Source of the DNA: Pecten maximus
Taxonomy: Eukaryota
Length of the DNA stretch: 64,000 nt
Reading direction: 5' to 3'
Assembly (NCBI RefSeq): GCF_902652985.1
Contig: NC_047033.1
Location: 17,918,001 to 17,982,000, forward strand
Shown: piece by piece, positions 13,875-28,333 of the stretch
Position numbering within the stretch: position 1 is the stretch's first letter
Layout: each line of letters starts with the position of its first letter
Program-made: the position numbers and the translations under genes
The notes under the pieces: model-generated
Seen by the model: only the letters and a program-made list of their open reading frames with translations
Told to the model about the DNA's origin: nothing
The model's database searches: none

Positions 13875-15824
13875 CACAGGCGCTTGCATATAGAAAATAT
13901 CACTTTCGATTTTTTTTTGATATGACAGCGGTATGTGTAATCTGTTAACCTGAAGGTTGGCAACTACGCCACGAGCGAAACGGCACCCCATCTCACTTCA
14001 ACCGGCTAAAAAACACATTTATTCAAACTGACACGGCGCACACTATATGCGACCGTCATCAGAAAACATTCATCTTTAACCTACCGTGCCACTCAATATG
14101 AATTGTTACATCCAAAACACAATAATCCGTGAAAACATCGCCGAATTCCTCGCTCAGAACGCCATTTCTCAAACGGCTCCCTGAGCCTGTCCAGATTCTT
14201 CATTTACATACGGGGTTCAAGGGTCATGCGATTATATAATCGACTGTCACCAGGTGCACTTTTTGGGGTCATCTCGGCATACTTTATTTTACAGGTGCAT
14301 GCACAGGACGTCGTTTGCGATATCACTTACTAATAAGATAGCATGTTTTAATGCCATGCAGTGATGAGATCGTCCTTTCCTTTTTTTCAACTGCATCATT
14401 TCGGTAGTTGCTGAACTTCGTTTTCAATCAAAAAGATTGCATATAACGGTGCTCAATAACTTGTTCAAGACAGGGCCGGGACATTATACGTATACCATGA
14501 ACAAGCAGTATCAGTTGAAATTAAATTTTTCGAAGTTAAAATTTGGATGGGGTAATAGCTGATAGTTGTTTGATATTTTGATTTTTTATTGTACTTGCCA
14601 TCTATTTAGGGCTATGCCAATCTTCAATTCTTAAAAAAATTGACCCCTACATGACTAGTTAAAAATGTATACCACACACAATATCGATAAGAATAAGAGG
14701 TTGTTCTGGGTATTCTGGCGTTAGCCCTAAAATACTATAAAAGTCTGGCGTTGACACAAAATAACCACTACTTCCCCCTCAAGTATTCTCTTTTCTTTCT
14801 CATTTTAATTCAGTTTCATAATTCTGTAAGCACTTCAGCCAGTTTGATTATTATTAGTGTAGCGTTTGATGCTTACACACACTCAATTAATAAGGTAATT
14901 CATCAATAACTTAAATTTTATATATGCGAGCGATGTAAAGTGGAATAAATGGATAATTGAATATATTTTACATTTACAATGCGTTAAACTCTTTGACATT
15001 GTCACTGGTGGATTTAAAGCCCCTTCCCCCCCCCCCCCCCCCCCACCCCCTAAAATTGTCAAAGTAAGGGTATCTTAAAAAACGAATTCCCGTATCAATC
15101 AGCGAAATAACAATATCAAATCATTAAAAACATCTCTCATATACTTGTTTTTATAAAACACACCAGGTATGAATCTATCGTGAAATACACTAGAATGCAG
15201 GATTTTGCATTAACCTGCTATTTTTCAGAGGGAGGACCGGCGGACACTCCTTCCCCCTCCTCCCCCTGATTGTAGACACTAAAACTAAGGGGCAAACTGA
15301 TGATATCGAGTGTATTAAAACCGAAATAACGTAAGAAAGTAATACTGTTTCGAAAATTTGAATAAAAAGGGGTTTAAAACAAAATGACTGAAGGAACTCA
15401 ATATTTCTATAATCATACAGTGATAGATGAACTCATAAAATTTGGATTGAACTCGAAGAACTTCTAGCAAACATTAAATCTAACATTGTGGGAAATGAAA
15501 ATAAATTGATGATGGATCATAGATCACAACGTACAAATCGTTTGGTAGGTCTGAAGTATGATTTTCGTATTTGACGACGACATGATATTTGTAAAATGTG
15601 CAGAAATAAATGAACAGGTCTGAAGTAAGTAATGTTGGTACACATGTATAGTTCCAGTAACCTGATGACAGTCTTATTCGTGATTCACTTTTCTTTTTGT
15701 TCGTCCAGATTTCAGTAAACTGACAAAAGTTAATCAATAAATAAGCATTTTGTTCTACCTTTGTGACAATTATTTCATTATTTAGAAAACGATAGGAGAG
15801 TGACGTTCTGTGTGAATCAATATA

Positions 15825-15855
<31 letters not shown>

Positions 15856-16618
15856 CTTCCACTTATCGAAAATCTTATTCTCGAAAGATTGCAAAATTTG
15901 CTATAATCATTTAATCATTTCATTTTTCCGAAATTTTGGCCCCCAGACCCCTCGCCAAAAAAATTCGGCTCCCGCCTATGGCGCTCCCATTACCACATTA
16001 CCACTAAATTACTGACCCCCCCCCCCCCCCCCCCCCCCCCTTTCCAATTCCTGGATCCGCGCCTGCTGTGTACTGTCATATACGGTGCATGGTAATCAAA
16101 CGTTCAAAATAACAAATAATTTATAAATCATCGTTCATCGACGAAACCCTTCAAATAATCGTAACTTAGACGAAACTCTTCAGCGAGCCGAAGCATTTTG
16201 CGGACAAAATGCATGCGGAGATGACCCCCAAAAGTACACCTGACGACTGACGATCATATAATCGCATGACCCTTGAACCCCGTATGTAAATGAAGAATCT
16301 GGACAGGCTCAGGGAGCCGTTTGAGAAATGGCGTTCTGAGCGAGGAATTCGGCGATGTTTTCACGGATTATTGTGTTTTGGATGTAACAATTCATATTGA
16401 GTGGCACGGTAGGTTAAAGATGAATGTTTTCTGATGACGGTCGCATATAGTGTGCGCCGTGTCAGTTTGAATAAATGTGTTTTTTAGCCGGTTGAAGTGA
16501 GATGGGGTGCCGTTTCGCTCGTGGCGTAGTTGCCAACCTTCAGGTTAACAGATTACACATACCGCTGTCATATCAAAAAAAAATCGAAAGTGATATTTTC
16601 TATATGCAAGCGCCTGTG
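13875..16618. mobile_element. Non-autonomous DNA transposon with ~400-bp TIRs and 8-bp TSD (hAT/P-like)
   Basis: CACAGGCGCTTGCATATAG... mirrored at the right end. About 360 bp essentially identical, then ~40 bp imperfect. TSD GGTACAGC at 13867-13874 and 16619-16626. No transposase ORF. Confidence 0.9.
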
Positions 16619-17447
16619 GGTACAGCACCTCAGTTATGAACATAATAATGTTAGACAACCGAAGCCTGCATGGGAGCAGGACTTCAGTAAATTAACTTCA
16701 GTTTGTCCTCGTACAAGTTAATATATTAAATTAAGATGGTGTTGTGGATTGAAATGAGATCGAGATGAAGATATCCTGGCGCCCCTACCCACGTGTCTAC
16801 GGGAAATAACTCATGGCATATAGAAGTATAGTACTACCTGGGACATCGTACAAAGGGGAATAACTCGTATACTTTTAATGCTAATCCTATGGAAAAAGAA
16901 TCCAACCGATTGCTGCTATAAATAAAAAAACATGTATGGATGTACTTTGACATACATAAATGAAGTTAATTACAATGGTCGTTGTGTTATTTTAATCTAA
17001 GTTTAATTACGTCTGCCCATATTTTGCAGCCATCAAATTTCCTGAACTGTGATCATGAGTAAACGCGCGATTCTACGGTCGATATTTTGAGATGAAGTAA
17101 TTTTCAATAAACTTGGTTAGTGTAGGTTGCATGAGTTGATGCAGTCACGGCTTCAACAAACCTTCAACTCAGGTTCTTGGTATTGGACACTGATATTATC
17201 AATGGATATGCAGAGTCGAGATGAACATGCAGATTTTTTTTAACACTAATGTATAGATGATTTTTATTAATCTATACAAAAGATGCACAAGATAGTAGCA
17301 CCTTTCATCAAAAGTTAAGAGTATGACACAGTAGATGAAAAAATAAATTGCTTCATATATCTGTTGCACATATAGTAAAGAGGTAAACTTCGTTTTATTT
17401 GCTTCCCCAACGTAGATATCTTATCTATTTATAGCGTATATAGTGGA

Positions 17448-18065
17448 TATTCAATGGTTTCCCGTTTAATATAACATATATTTCACGAGTATGACAGAAT
17501 ATTTCGATATTGTTTACTCGTGCTTCGCAATCGTGAAAATATCGATATTCTGTCATACTCGTGAAATATGTTATATTAAACGGGAAACCATTCAATTTTC
17601 TTTTTATTGCATTTCGTATACTTTAAAAAAAACAAATTGAAAGCATTGACAAATTAATAGTGTCAAAAAGTGCGGGAATCAGTAATGACGTCATCTCTTT
17701 GTGACGTTACTCCACGTCAACTTGACGGTGCCATTTTGAAAGGCTTGATCAACGCAATTTAAGCGTTTGCTGCTGTTATAGGAGAATATGTGCATGAATA
17801 GCTAACGTTAAGTGAGTATTTTGTCAAAAACTAGTCTGAAAATTTCAGAAATACAACAAAATAACCAATTTATCTATCTTTTATTAGTTTGATAAATTTC
17901 TATATTTCACTGGCAAAAATGCAATAAAAAAGTTAACTCTGATTGGTCAAAAATAGAAAACTTATATTTTCACTTCAAAATTTATAATTTCACTAATAGC
18001 TGCAGTGAAAATATAAGTTTTATTAGTTTGATAAATTTCTATATTTCACTGGCAAAAATGCAATA
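17448..18065. mobile_element. Crypton-type non-autonomous element (large hairpin + terminal direct repeat)
   Basis: Inverted repeat 17448-17597 (aatggtttcccgtttaatataacat...atgttatattaaacgggaaaccatt) and a ~46-bp direct repeat at ~17880 and ~18019. Confidence 0.55.
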
Positions 18066-18742
18066 TATTATATTACGAACGATGTCAGTTTCCGTGTGGG
18101 GTGCACACCTAGGCCTATTTGTATTTACACTCAGTGGTGAATTGATAGTATAAACAGGAGCAGCCGTTTAGACAACGATTAGGACGGAGGATTTGAAGCT
18201 GTATTGAAACCTACCAGGTTTTACGAATAAGCAAATACGTTCTACACGATACAGTGTATGTGTTAATTGCTTTTATGGTACCTAGGTAAACAAATACGAT
18301 CGAGCCGTGTTTCTCTATGTTTCTGCTGTTGCCATATGAATCCGTAAGGACTAAACTCTTTCATAGTCGGTCACAATGCCACCTTTTAATGTGTCACATG
18401 GATCCGTCTGGAATAAGCTCTTTCAAAATCGACCATGATGTCATCTTTCCATCCAGAATGCTTACGAAATCTGAGTTTTTGAAATGTATGTTTAATTGCG
18501 CTTAAAGTTTAATAACCTTGTAGGACCAGCAATACGATTTAAACACGAAGAGACAAACGCTTAAATAGAACCGGGTTCCTCTGGGTTTTTTTTAAGACTA
18601 TAGGTCCCCGTGTAAAAACACATCGGCTATACATCCTTTGGAAATTCTTGCCAATCAATCTACAAATAAACAATTTCTGGTATTCCAGATTATAATTTCA
18701 GCTGGTTAAATAGATATTATAGAAAGTATTTGCTCAACACTT

Positions 18743-18960
18743 GGTTTGTTTGCTTGTATTGTTTAACGTTTTATCATAATCTATGGTCATTAAAGATGAA
18801 TATCTCCGGTATATATGATGCATGAGTATAGTGTGAGTGTTTTGAGTGGCTGCTGCAAGATTGTATTTTCTTGTTATAGCGCGGAACTGTTGCTGACTTT
18901 ATAGTGCTACCTCACTGAACCATACCGAAGACAACAACATGCAGGACACCAACCCGGCTA
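18743..18960 (-). mobile_element. Degenerate SINE (MetaSINE-like core, (aaac)n tail)
   Basis: ggtttgtttg...tttaacg tail and tatagtgctacctcactgaa core resembling the Meta domain. Confidence 0.4.
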
Positions 18961-21299
18961 TCCTCTAAATGCAGTTGATATAGTCTAAATACATTCAATT
19001 GTTATTGGATAATATTATCATATCAATCTAGTCTACAGTCAGAAACACTGACCAGATATTTTGAATTTTACTGTGTAAGGACGTAAAAAAAGAGTTCACA
19101 AGGATTGTACAATACCAATGTTCAATTCAAATTCAGAACAAGATCCAGCATATGGAAAATTGAATGCATCGCACCGCTCGAATCTATGCTAGGAACCTTA
19201 AGAGTAACTACCTAAAAGGTGACATTGGAAACTAAATTTTTTACAGATCGAAAGAAATGTCAAAATCCTAAGTTGCAGTTAAATAAATGTCGTAAATTGC
19301 AGTATTGAATTTCAAACAAAGCCAATGAGTATATTTTGCACTGTTGCAGGGTTGTCTGGAATATGCAATCTCAAAAGACTACCAAACAAAAATACTCACA
19401 AGATGAAAACTCTTTCGATTACTCTTGTTCCATAACGCGACCTCCGTCGTCCTTCCATCTATCGGCTACGAAAATGCAAACCAAATTTTGCAAACATTGT
19501 GACTCCTCCTCCCCTCCCCTTCCCCCACATGGTGCAGGAGAGACAGGACCCAATATAGAAAAAAGAGGTTATACCTTAAATATTTGAAAAAGGGAAACAC
19601 ATTTTTGCATACTGCTCACTCATTTAAATCTATACACGTCATGAACGACTGGGTTGAATTTTATCCGATTTGGCCAGAAGCAAGTTTGAGGGCCGTAGAA
19701 CTTAATTTTCGTAAATGGTGGCTCTGACCATCCTTGCAGGGCCCTTTGAAAGCGGGGCTTAATAGGGTTAACAAAGATAGGTCATTCAAATAATAGAATC
19801 ATGAAGTCATCGGGGAGGAAATGGAGTTTGTCTAAATGTGGTCAAAATCATCCCTGGGTAAAACGGAACATGCATAAATGGTTAACTGGTAATTAATGTT
19901 CAGTAAAGTAATTTACAAACAATGTAAGATTTTACCTGAAAACCAACTCACAATTTTGTTTTTGTTACGGTACTGAACAATGGAGCTTCTAAGACCTTTG
20001 AGAACAGAACCAGCATGCATATGCATATTTAGGTACATAATTGACATAATCAGATAGAAATATATTAATAAACTGATATGTTCTTAATTCTACTCTCTAT
20101 TGTTGGTTTTTTATGATTTCGCGTTACTAGCCTCTTCAAATTCTCACAATATGGTATTATTTTGTTATTTCGTACATCTAATAATACAATATCCGTGACA
20201 AATGTCAAGTGCTGAAAATATTTGCAACAGATTGAAGAAGGCGTTAGATTTGACCAAGTTTATAATAATATTTCGTCTTCATTTGTTTTCAAGTCTAACA
20301 CTAATTCAAGCATGTATATAGTATACCTAGGTCGTGAACAATTTCAATCCACAAAAAATACCCACTGGAGCTTATTTCTATAAGCCGGTTTAAACAGTAG
20401 GTATGAATTACCGCGGCTAGCAAATGCATCTCCTTTCCGTGCAACGCCCTTGACCTTCACATTTACTCCATTAATAAATGTAATGTAATTCAGCTTCAAA
20501 GGCATTTCACATTCCTTCATTCGTTCAACTATGATTTAATCGTTTCGGGTATCATCGCCGGCGTATTGGTGTGAAATGTCTACCTCTATGTCACAAAACT
20601 GTTTCGATAGGAAACTTTACGTTACTAGAAGAGAATTTTGCGACATGTCCTCATATTTTTTCTATGTTCTGTATATTGAAAAATCCAAGCATAAAGTCAA
20701 GTTCTGACATCATACATCTGAAACATAAATACACCTTGTACACTGCAATCATTAGTTATTTCCATATGGTAATTCGGATACTTACCTCATGTTACATTTT
20801 TTTTACATAAAGAAATTAATATATACTGTATATTTTCAATATTCTGATCCGCAGCATCAGTAATGACATTTTATCAAAAACAATATAAATGTTTATGCAC
20901 GGTTCTCAAAAACGATTTTGACATTGGCAATAAATATTCAATCAATAAATATAGTTTTAATACATCTATTTGAATTCAAAGTATTCAGTTTACAATCGAT
21001 GAACAGGAAAATACATACTTGAAACCTAATTATTTAAAAGCGTTTTAAGACGCATAATCCTGATCTAATGATGACTGCGATATGAACATAAACTTTCCAT
21101 GGTCGAACACCTACTCTTTGAACATGGGCCTTATCACAACTCTGTGGTATGCTTTAATCAAAGTTTTTTGTTTGTTTTTTTACTTTAGGAATAAATTCCA
21201 CCCTAGACATTACTCTGTAAAATAAAAACAAAAAGTATATGTGTATAAAATAAATCTGCATTTTATCTTCGAACTTCGTAGTATAAATCTTGGTAAAAC

Positions 21300-22750
21300 C
21301 ACTAAAGCGTCTACTAAAGGAATGATTGTGATTTTTGTTGCTTGCATGGACTGATGAAAAGAAGTGAACCTCGTGCAAATGAAGTGAACCTGAGTCTAAC
21401 ATTTCTGACCAAATATCCGTGATAAAGCAAAACAAGTTTGAAAGGAATTCAGTTTTGGCAGACATAACCAGTGTGCCTAGCGACTTATATCAGGATCCAG
21501 TGTCCAGCCTTAATGCCACAGCTGAATCAACAGTTGACCATGAACACGGCAGTTCAAAGGTTGTTGACCAAGAAGGTAAGTTTGACCAAAATAACCTCCA
21601 GATCGTAATGGTCAATGGATATTTCCTCTGCAGTGTCCATTACAAAGATCTGAAGTTAACCTTGAATATAGACGGAACTGTGTTCTAATATTTCTATGAT
21701 GACGTAAATATTGTATCTTTATGTGTATTTTACTATTGATATTTAACCATAACGGTAGGTCATAACGTCTTGGTTGGTCCTAAGCAGGTGTAGTAGTAAT
21801 TTTTATTTCAATGTTGTAGCTTAATTGTTTCCTTTTCATGTTAATTTAATTGATGATTGATTTCTATAGTTCATGTAGCCATCTTGTAGTCAAAGTGGCG
21901 CTGGTAAGGACTGGCTATGGTTGACATGAACCTTTGCCTAACAAGTTGCCATAATTTTGATTTTACCATTAATTTCGTTTGAACTTCCTGAAAGCCAATA
22001 ACCCCATATGTGGAGATTGGTTTAGGTCAACCTCCAGTGTTATACCGGTTTGTTTCACTGTAGTATGTGTAGCACATGGTATTACAATTTAAATCCTGGC
22101 TTTACAATGGCTGGTGATTGAATTCCAAAATATTGGTTTATTGTAGACCCAAGTCTTAGTTGCAGTTTTTTCTAGAGCAAGTGCTAGATCAGCGTGTAAT
22201 ATGCATAAACCATAATGTTTTTATACAGTATTATACATTGTATTATATGCAAGGAGTCGTCAGGGAGGAGGAGTATAATGCCAGTTGAAGATATACGTGA
22301 CACTTGTTATTGTGTAACATAATAATAAGGGTCAGGGTTAACTGACCAACAGGTAAGTTCCCGCGCCTAATACCGCACATTGGAGTGCAAGGTATGTGAG
22401 GGAGCTGTTCTGATTGGTCTTTTGAGTGAGCAGGTGAATGTTTGTGCATGATTAACACCTTTCAATACCCTGCATCAGTCTCATATCATTCAAGGCACGG
22501 CACTCAGGCTTACAACATGGTTACATAAGTCATCTGTCCCGGTAAAGTCTGTTATCAATATGATATATTTGTTTATATTAAGGAGATCAAACATTTTTAC
22601 AAGTAATCGTCTCAAATATTTATCTCTTTAGTCACTGTTCTTGTTTTTGTTCATACCGTATTTGTACATCTGCCTTCTGATTAAACCTTTAACAACTACC
22701 TCAAATCGTCCGAGTGGTCATTTATACACGCCAGGCTACAATATGTAACA
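21300..22750 (+). mobile_element. Decayed 3' end of an LTR (Gypsy-like) retrotransposon with PPT and 3' LTR
   Basis: Degenerate integrase-tail motif K*PPDRNGQWIF at ~21590-21625, polypurine tract agggaggaggag at 22262-22273, then an LTR-like segment with attaaa ending ...tgtaaca at 22750. 5' boundary approximate. Confidence 0.45.
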
Positions 22751-23819
22751 TTATGCAGCATAAAATATGTCAGTTGTTGTGACCATTACCACATTTTAAT
22801 CCTTTGATATTACATAATTAGGTTGCGCAATAACGTCTATACTTACTTACCCATCATAATAGTTCCGTGTGTTATATTGAATGTATAACACTCAATATCT
22901 TTGTCATTGTATAGTGACCTACGGTATCAAGGACATGTTTACTGTATATTTGTATTACATGGTTGACTAACCTCAAAAATGAAATCCTATCTACGTTTAG
23001 TGTGAATTATTACAACCGAAACACCTCGTACACTGTAACATGTGCCATATAAAACAACATTTTAACTATTCTTTAAGCAAAGGGATAAAACAATTACTAT
23101 ACATCTATCATACAAACGTTATTTTAGATAACATCTATGTCTGTCGCACCGTCTGTGTATTGCAGCAGTGTTGAATTAAGGTGTATGTAAACACGTGTGT
23201 GTTACGACGACTGTTCTCGCTAGAATTATTAGTCGTCCAAGTACGAACAGTTTATAACGTATGACAAAAGACTACAAAACACACCCGAGTAGCTTCTGTG
23301 TACAAATTTAGTAACATATAAAGTATATGCTAAAACAAGGTCATGGAACGATATCGATCTCGAGTCTTTCTTACTCTGGTATCGACTGTACTAACACAGG
23401 TAAGAGCCAATTATTGGTAAATGAAAAAAAAAATAAAAAGCAGACAAGATCTTATACTTCATATCCAGGTGAGGTTTTTAATCATAGTTAATAATGGCAT
23501 AATAATTATATACAGAAACGTTTAAATACTTTGCGAAGTGTTGGTGAGCTTGTCAAATAATTTTTAATGGAGATATAACATTTGCCTTCAGTGTAATCTG
23601 CTAGTCATTATCGAGTCTCTATATCAACTTCCTGTGTACATTGCTAAGCCGAAATCGCATACATATGAGTCCATAGTACTTGTCAGGATATAGTATATAT
23701 GGGCAGTTTATGTGACAAATACAAAATGTACATTTATTTGTAGAACCTTTTGAGTATTTCGTAAGGCAGATGTTTTAAGTGTTGTCGAACAACAAAATTT
23801 AAGTGTAAACTATACAAAT

Positions 23820-25110
23820 ATAGCATTTTGATGAGGTCGATACATGGTTACATCGACCTAAGAAAAATTATTGACCGAGGACGTTTATTTTTTTCTTTTG
23901 TTGATACAACCATGTATCGACCGAATTTTAAATGCTATAATTGCTTTATTATTTTTCTTGATTTTGTGAAAAATCTTTATATCGGGCAATATAGACTTAA
24001 AGTTTAGTTCAAAGTAATTGTCATTTGGTTTTTAGTTCAAAGTAATTGTCATTTGGTTTCTAGATATGAATTCCAAAAAGATAACTGAATAAACCAATAT
24101 GAATTAGACAACAATATTCACTTTTAATCGATTAAATCCTGTTATATTCATAATACGATACATTTCATAGTGTTTAATCAGCTTAAGAAGAGCTAAAGTT
24201 CACTAGAGTTTATCTATTTAGAAATTATGTTGTAGTTGATTGTAAGATTGGAACAATGGTTGAACATAGGTGCTGGAGGCTGAAACCCGTTAGTTTGGGA
24301 TACCAATGCTCTGTATTCAGTGTCAGTTGGAATGGTAACTGTTCGGATTAAATCATCAACACCGTCATATTCATTTTAAAGATCCTCTATGAGATTCTCT
24401 GTCTGAGAATCAGAAAGTGGTTGCAATGAACTCATATCGGTATACTGCTTTCAAATCGTCGTCACTAATGGGAGGGTGGTGGTATATTACCGCTTTACCT
24501 TGGCGTTTTAACTCCTTGGTCATGGAATTAAAAACACGATTGGATGTTTTGAAATCATCCACCTTGCTTATGTTTATATCATCACGTTCTTTCTCCAAGT
24601 GTCTTTGGATGCCGCTTCTATAAGCCAACGATGTCGATTTCTTGTAAAGTTGCCCTTTCCTGTCACACATCTCAAGATAAAAAAACTGACAGTGCGTCAT
24701 CCAATTCTACAGGAGTATATGCCTCGAAGTTGTCCTGCATGCTCCTGGGTGTAAGGTATTGTTGAAAAAGCTTCACAACTGTATTGGTAGCTCGCTTCGT
24801 GTTAAAAGCGTCGGCATTTTCAAGAATATTGTTGATATCGTCTTCAGACCGATTGGGGAAACGGTTGTCACCTGCCATCTTTGATTGTTTACACGCTATT
24901 CAGGTCGCTCAAACGCTTGTATCAAATATATCGTCCGTACAAAGCGCTAAGCGCTCGTTTGATCTAGATGCTTTCTTAAAATAACCGTGCATTATAGTTT
25001 TTCTACACACTTTTTCCGGAGACAGCGGTCAATATAGCTTTTATCAGGTGGTCCCGTGACCTCTTTTCAGCCAATCAGATGTGGCAAAAAATCAAGAAAA
25101 ACAATATAGG
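23820..25110 (-). mobile_element. CryptonA-type (tyrosine-recombinase transposon) relic, internally deleted
   Basis: Terminal hairpin 23820-23940 (atagcatt...ggtcgatacatggtt / aaccatgtatcgacc...aatgctat) plus the coding remnant listed separately. Confidence 0.7.
24216..24878 (-). pseudogene. Crypton (ZMYM/KCTD1/DUF3504-related) recombinase fragment, frameshifted, catalytic core deleted
   Basis: ORF 24672..24878 (RF...EDDI...NTKRAT..VKLFQQYL...ELDDALSVF) shifts frame in a T-run into 24410..24700 (FYLEMCDRKGQLYKKST...RSGIQRHL...F..SNRVF...ELKRQGK...HHPPISDDDL). The C-terminal PMFNHCSNLTINYN tail follows almost directly. Confidence 0.8.
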
Positions 25111-25905
25111 AAAATATACACTACGCTCTACAATGTATCACAATAATATACAAAAGGGCGTTTGATCTGTTATGTAAGGAAATTGTTATTTCTTATAAGT
25201 TCTGTCCGTGTCATAACATTAAGGAACGCCTTCGTTCTCTTTCTCTTGTGATGTCAGCATTTTTTTCTGTGAAATGCACATGGCGATATAAGTATATAGT
25301 TATATTTAGTTAAGCATATGATTATGACACATATAAATTGACAGATTAATTGAACTTTTAAACCACAACACCTTTGGAGTGATGGGACCAAATTGCTATC
25401 ATATCGGTATGATTCTTGTTGATAAGGTCATTACTGGTATCGTGATAAAGAATATAACGTACATGCATCATCCACAGCTAGTCCACGCAGAGGAAGTACC
25501 AGTTTAAAAATCACTTTCACAATTTTCAAGGTCAATGTCATCTTTGGTAAATATTTTATAATGAAAATGTATTAACAACTGCTATAGAGACAATTTCTTG
25601 GTGATAAATTTCTATATTTTGGGGTACTGAATAAATTTTCTGCTGCACTATTTCCATTATTTGTGCGTATGCATTAGCTGTAGGTACGGAGGCCTATAGG
25701 TTACATATTAGTTATTTATATATCGTGGACCAGACCACTTCTTAATTGCTAATTTGCTACAATTTCGATTAGTATGTTACTCAGGATTAAGTGTATTCTA
25801 TGTGACTGAAATTATGTAATTATCCTTACTATTATTATTCTTTTAGGAATTAGGAGACTCAGTGTGTTAGAATTATAAACGTATGCAAGGGCGTGGGGGA
25901 AATAC

Positions 25906-26562
25906 TGATATAATTCAAATATATGAAGTAACATTCAAAATGAACGGATTCTCGTGGATTTTAATGGATTTTACACATATTCGGAATGATTTTAGATCTT
26001 TTGCCAGTTTTTCACTAAGGAATTATTTGAGAGACAATGATGATTAGACCAGCCGACATCACTTCTGACAGATTTGACCATGACAGGGTCATTTATGTGT
26101 ACAGTACAGAGGCGGTACATCACCCCAAATACCCGAGAGTTTCATCGACTATATGTATATGATAGTATTTTGGGAGACAACTACTCTGGTCACGAGTAGC
26201 TGTGAAGATTGTTCAAGTAGACCATGTGTTGACAGATTCCAAGTTGATTCTGATTCTGACTTTGATATGAAGAGGATATTATGTGAGGCTACCGCAGCCT
26301 CGGCTCATAGCTCGAATAGATGAACAGCTCTTACACCCGAGTTACAGAGGAGTAAGGTTTTACAAAAATGGAGTCAACAAGACATCCATAGACTGTACAC
26401 ACATTTGTGCGGTATGCGAGTGTGTGTGAGTATTTGATAGTTAAACTTGGTTGTATATCATCTATATATAGTGTGTAAATAAATATGTATGTACTGTATA
26501 GAACGTATCATCGTGTTGTTAAAACCGGTTAAGGCTGCGTCGCTCGTTCCATAGTTTCATCA
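25906..26562 (+). mobile_element. Possible LTR (TG...CA) preceded by a polypurine tract
   Basis: gtgggggaaatac|TGATAT...aataaa...TTTCATCA. No second LTR or coding remnant seen. Confidence 0.3.
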
Positions 26563-27229
26563 TCTAGGTACCAAGTTTGTGAGTGGCAATATATTTATAT
26601 GTCGTTTTCTAAAATTACACAAAAGAAACTTGGTTGTCGTTCTATGTTATCTTCAAAGGATTCGCATCAGCGATTGGTCAGAATAGAATATTGTCTTGAT
26701 ATCAATCAAAAAAGCTAGTTTTATGCCCTCCATTTCGCCATGAAATTATCCAAGGAGAGTGTAGAATTGATCGTAGATGGTCGGTATATGTTTATCTTAG
26801 TCTCTGTTAAAGCTTATGTTATATGTTACCATGACAAGATGCTAGCGATAGGGTCCGACTACAGTTATTGTCTGTTATCATAATAGTGTAGACTCAAAGA
26901 TTTAAGTGATACTTATGTTCATATATTTAAGATGTTGATAGTTATAACAAGGGCGGATTCCCTAGTACATTACCATGGAACCGACTTTTAGAATTTCTAT
27001 TAAGATTTTATCAGGTAGAATTTTCATCCAATTTGACGTAGGGGTGCCCATCTTATGCTCATTATAGAGTGTCAAATGTGTGTATGGACCCCTGTCCTAT
27101 TGGACCAGCTTTCGTGTCAGATTGTTGCTAATTGATCACCAAGGGACGCTAACAGAACCAATAAATAAGTCATTCAGCAGATGCCGAAAGGAATTTTGTT
27201 CCCAAAAGAGACCGGTTTGATTTAATTGC

Positions 27230-27601
27230 CAATGTCAGTGGGAGAAAACAACATGGCCGACAGGCAGCCATCTTGGATTTTGACAATTGAAGTTTGTTAT
27301 CGCTATTTTACAGAAGGTACTGAAGTGATATTTCTCACATTTCATATGTAGGTTCCCCTTGGTCCGTCGTATTGCAATTTGGGACCAATCTGAAAACAAC
27401 ATGGTCGACAGACAGCTATTATCGCTAAATCTCAAAAAATTCCTATACAAGTTCCCCTTGTTTGAAAAGTACTGGAGGGATGTTTCTCAATTTATACAGA
27501 TTAGTAAGAGGAAGGGGAAAAATAGGGAGAAGATCAATCTGACATGGAAACTATCAAGATCATTCAATGGTGGGCGCCAAGATCCCTCTGGGATCTTTTG
27601 T
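27230..27601 (+). mobile_element. 3' part of a Helentron/HINE-like element
   Basis: Repeated aacaacatgg(c/t)cgacag units and a 3' hairpin agatccc-tct-gggatct followed by a T-run. Confidence 0.5.
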
Positions 27602-27759
27602 TGAGAGTTCTGATGAAAGATAAGTTGACTTTGTTGAGTGACGTCAGACGGCTGAAGGCAAGGTCGTTTATTTTGTTGTTGAGTCTGACGAACCAGCTGA
27701 TTGTGAAGGGGGTTGTTGATGAACGTTTGTTCAGGACGTTGCATCGGGCATGATGGTCT

Positions 27760-28333
27760 TTAGCTCACCTGCCCGAAGGGCAAGTGAGCTTATGCCGTGG
27801 TGCGGCGTCCGTCCGGCGTCAACTTTTTCATTTAAACAACCTCTTCTCAATAAACAAGAGGCCCTGGGACTTTATGTTGGGCCTGTAGCATTCTGGGATG
27901 AAGGGCTACCAAGTTTGTTCAAGTAAATGACCTTGACCTTCAATCAAGTTCACATGGGTCAAATAGGCAATAAACTGCAACCGACTTCTAAATAACCAAG
28001 AGGCCCAGGAACCTAATATTGGGCCTGCAGCATTCTGGCTTGAAGGGCTACCAAGTTTGTTCAAATAAATGACCTTGACCTACATTCAAGGTCACAGGGG
28101 CGAAATCGGCTTAAATCTGTAAACAATAATTTTGCGATAGCCAAGAGTGTCCGGATATTAGGCCAATAGTATGCTGGAATGAAGGGCTAGAAAATTTATT
28201 GATATGAATAAGCCTATCCTACTCTGATATTTGAATAACGATGTAAGCAGCATAGTCTCTGTAGAAATGACATCAATAGACTTCAAAGTTGTTGTAGAGC
28301 CAGGTGAGCGATACAGGCCCATTGGGCCTCTTG
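27760..28333 (+). mobile_element. Helentron-associated non-autonomous element (HINE, CvA/pearl-like)
   Basis: 5' ttAGCTCACCTG with short palindrome and cgtc microsatellite, ~145-bp internal tandem units, 3' CAGGTGAGC + hairpin aggccc-att-gggcct + cttg, inserted in a T-rich site. Confidence 0.85.

Noticed and set aside
21419-21688. Host gene exon
   Set aside because: In-frame stop just upstream, no good acceptor, and it lies in a probable LTR-retrotransposon remnant.
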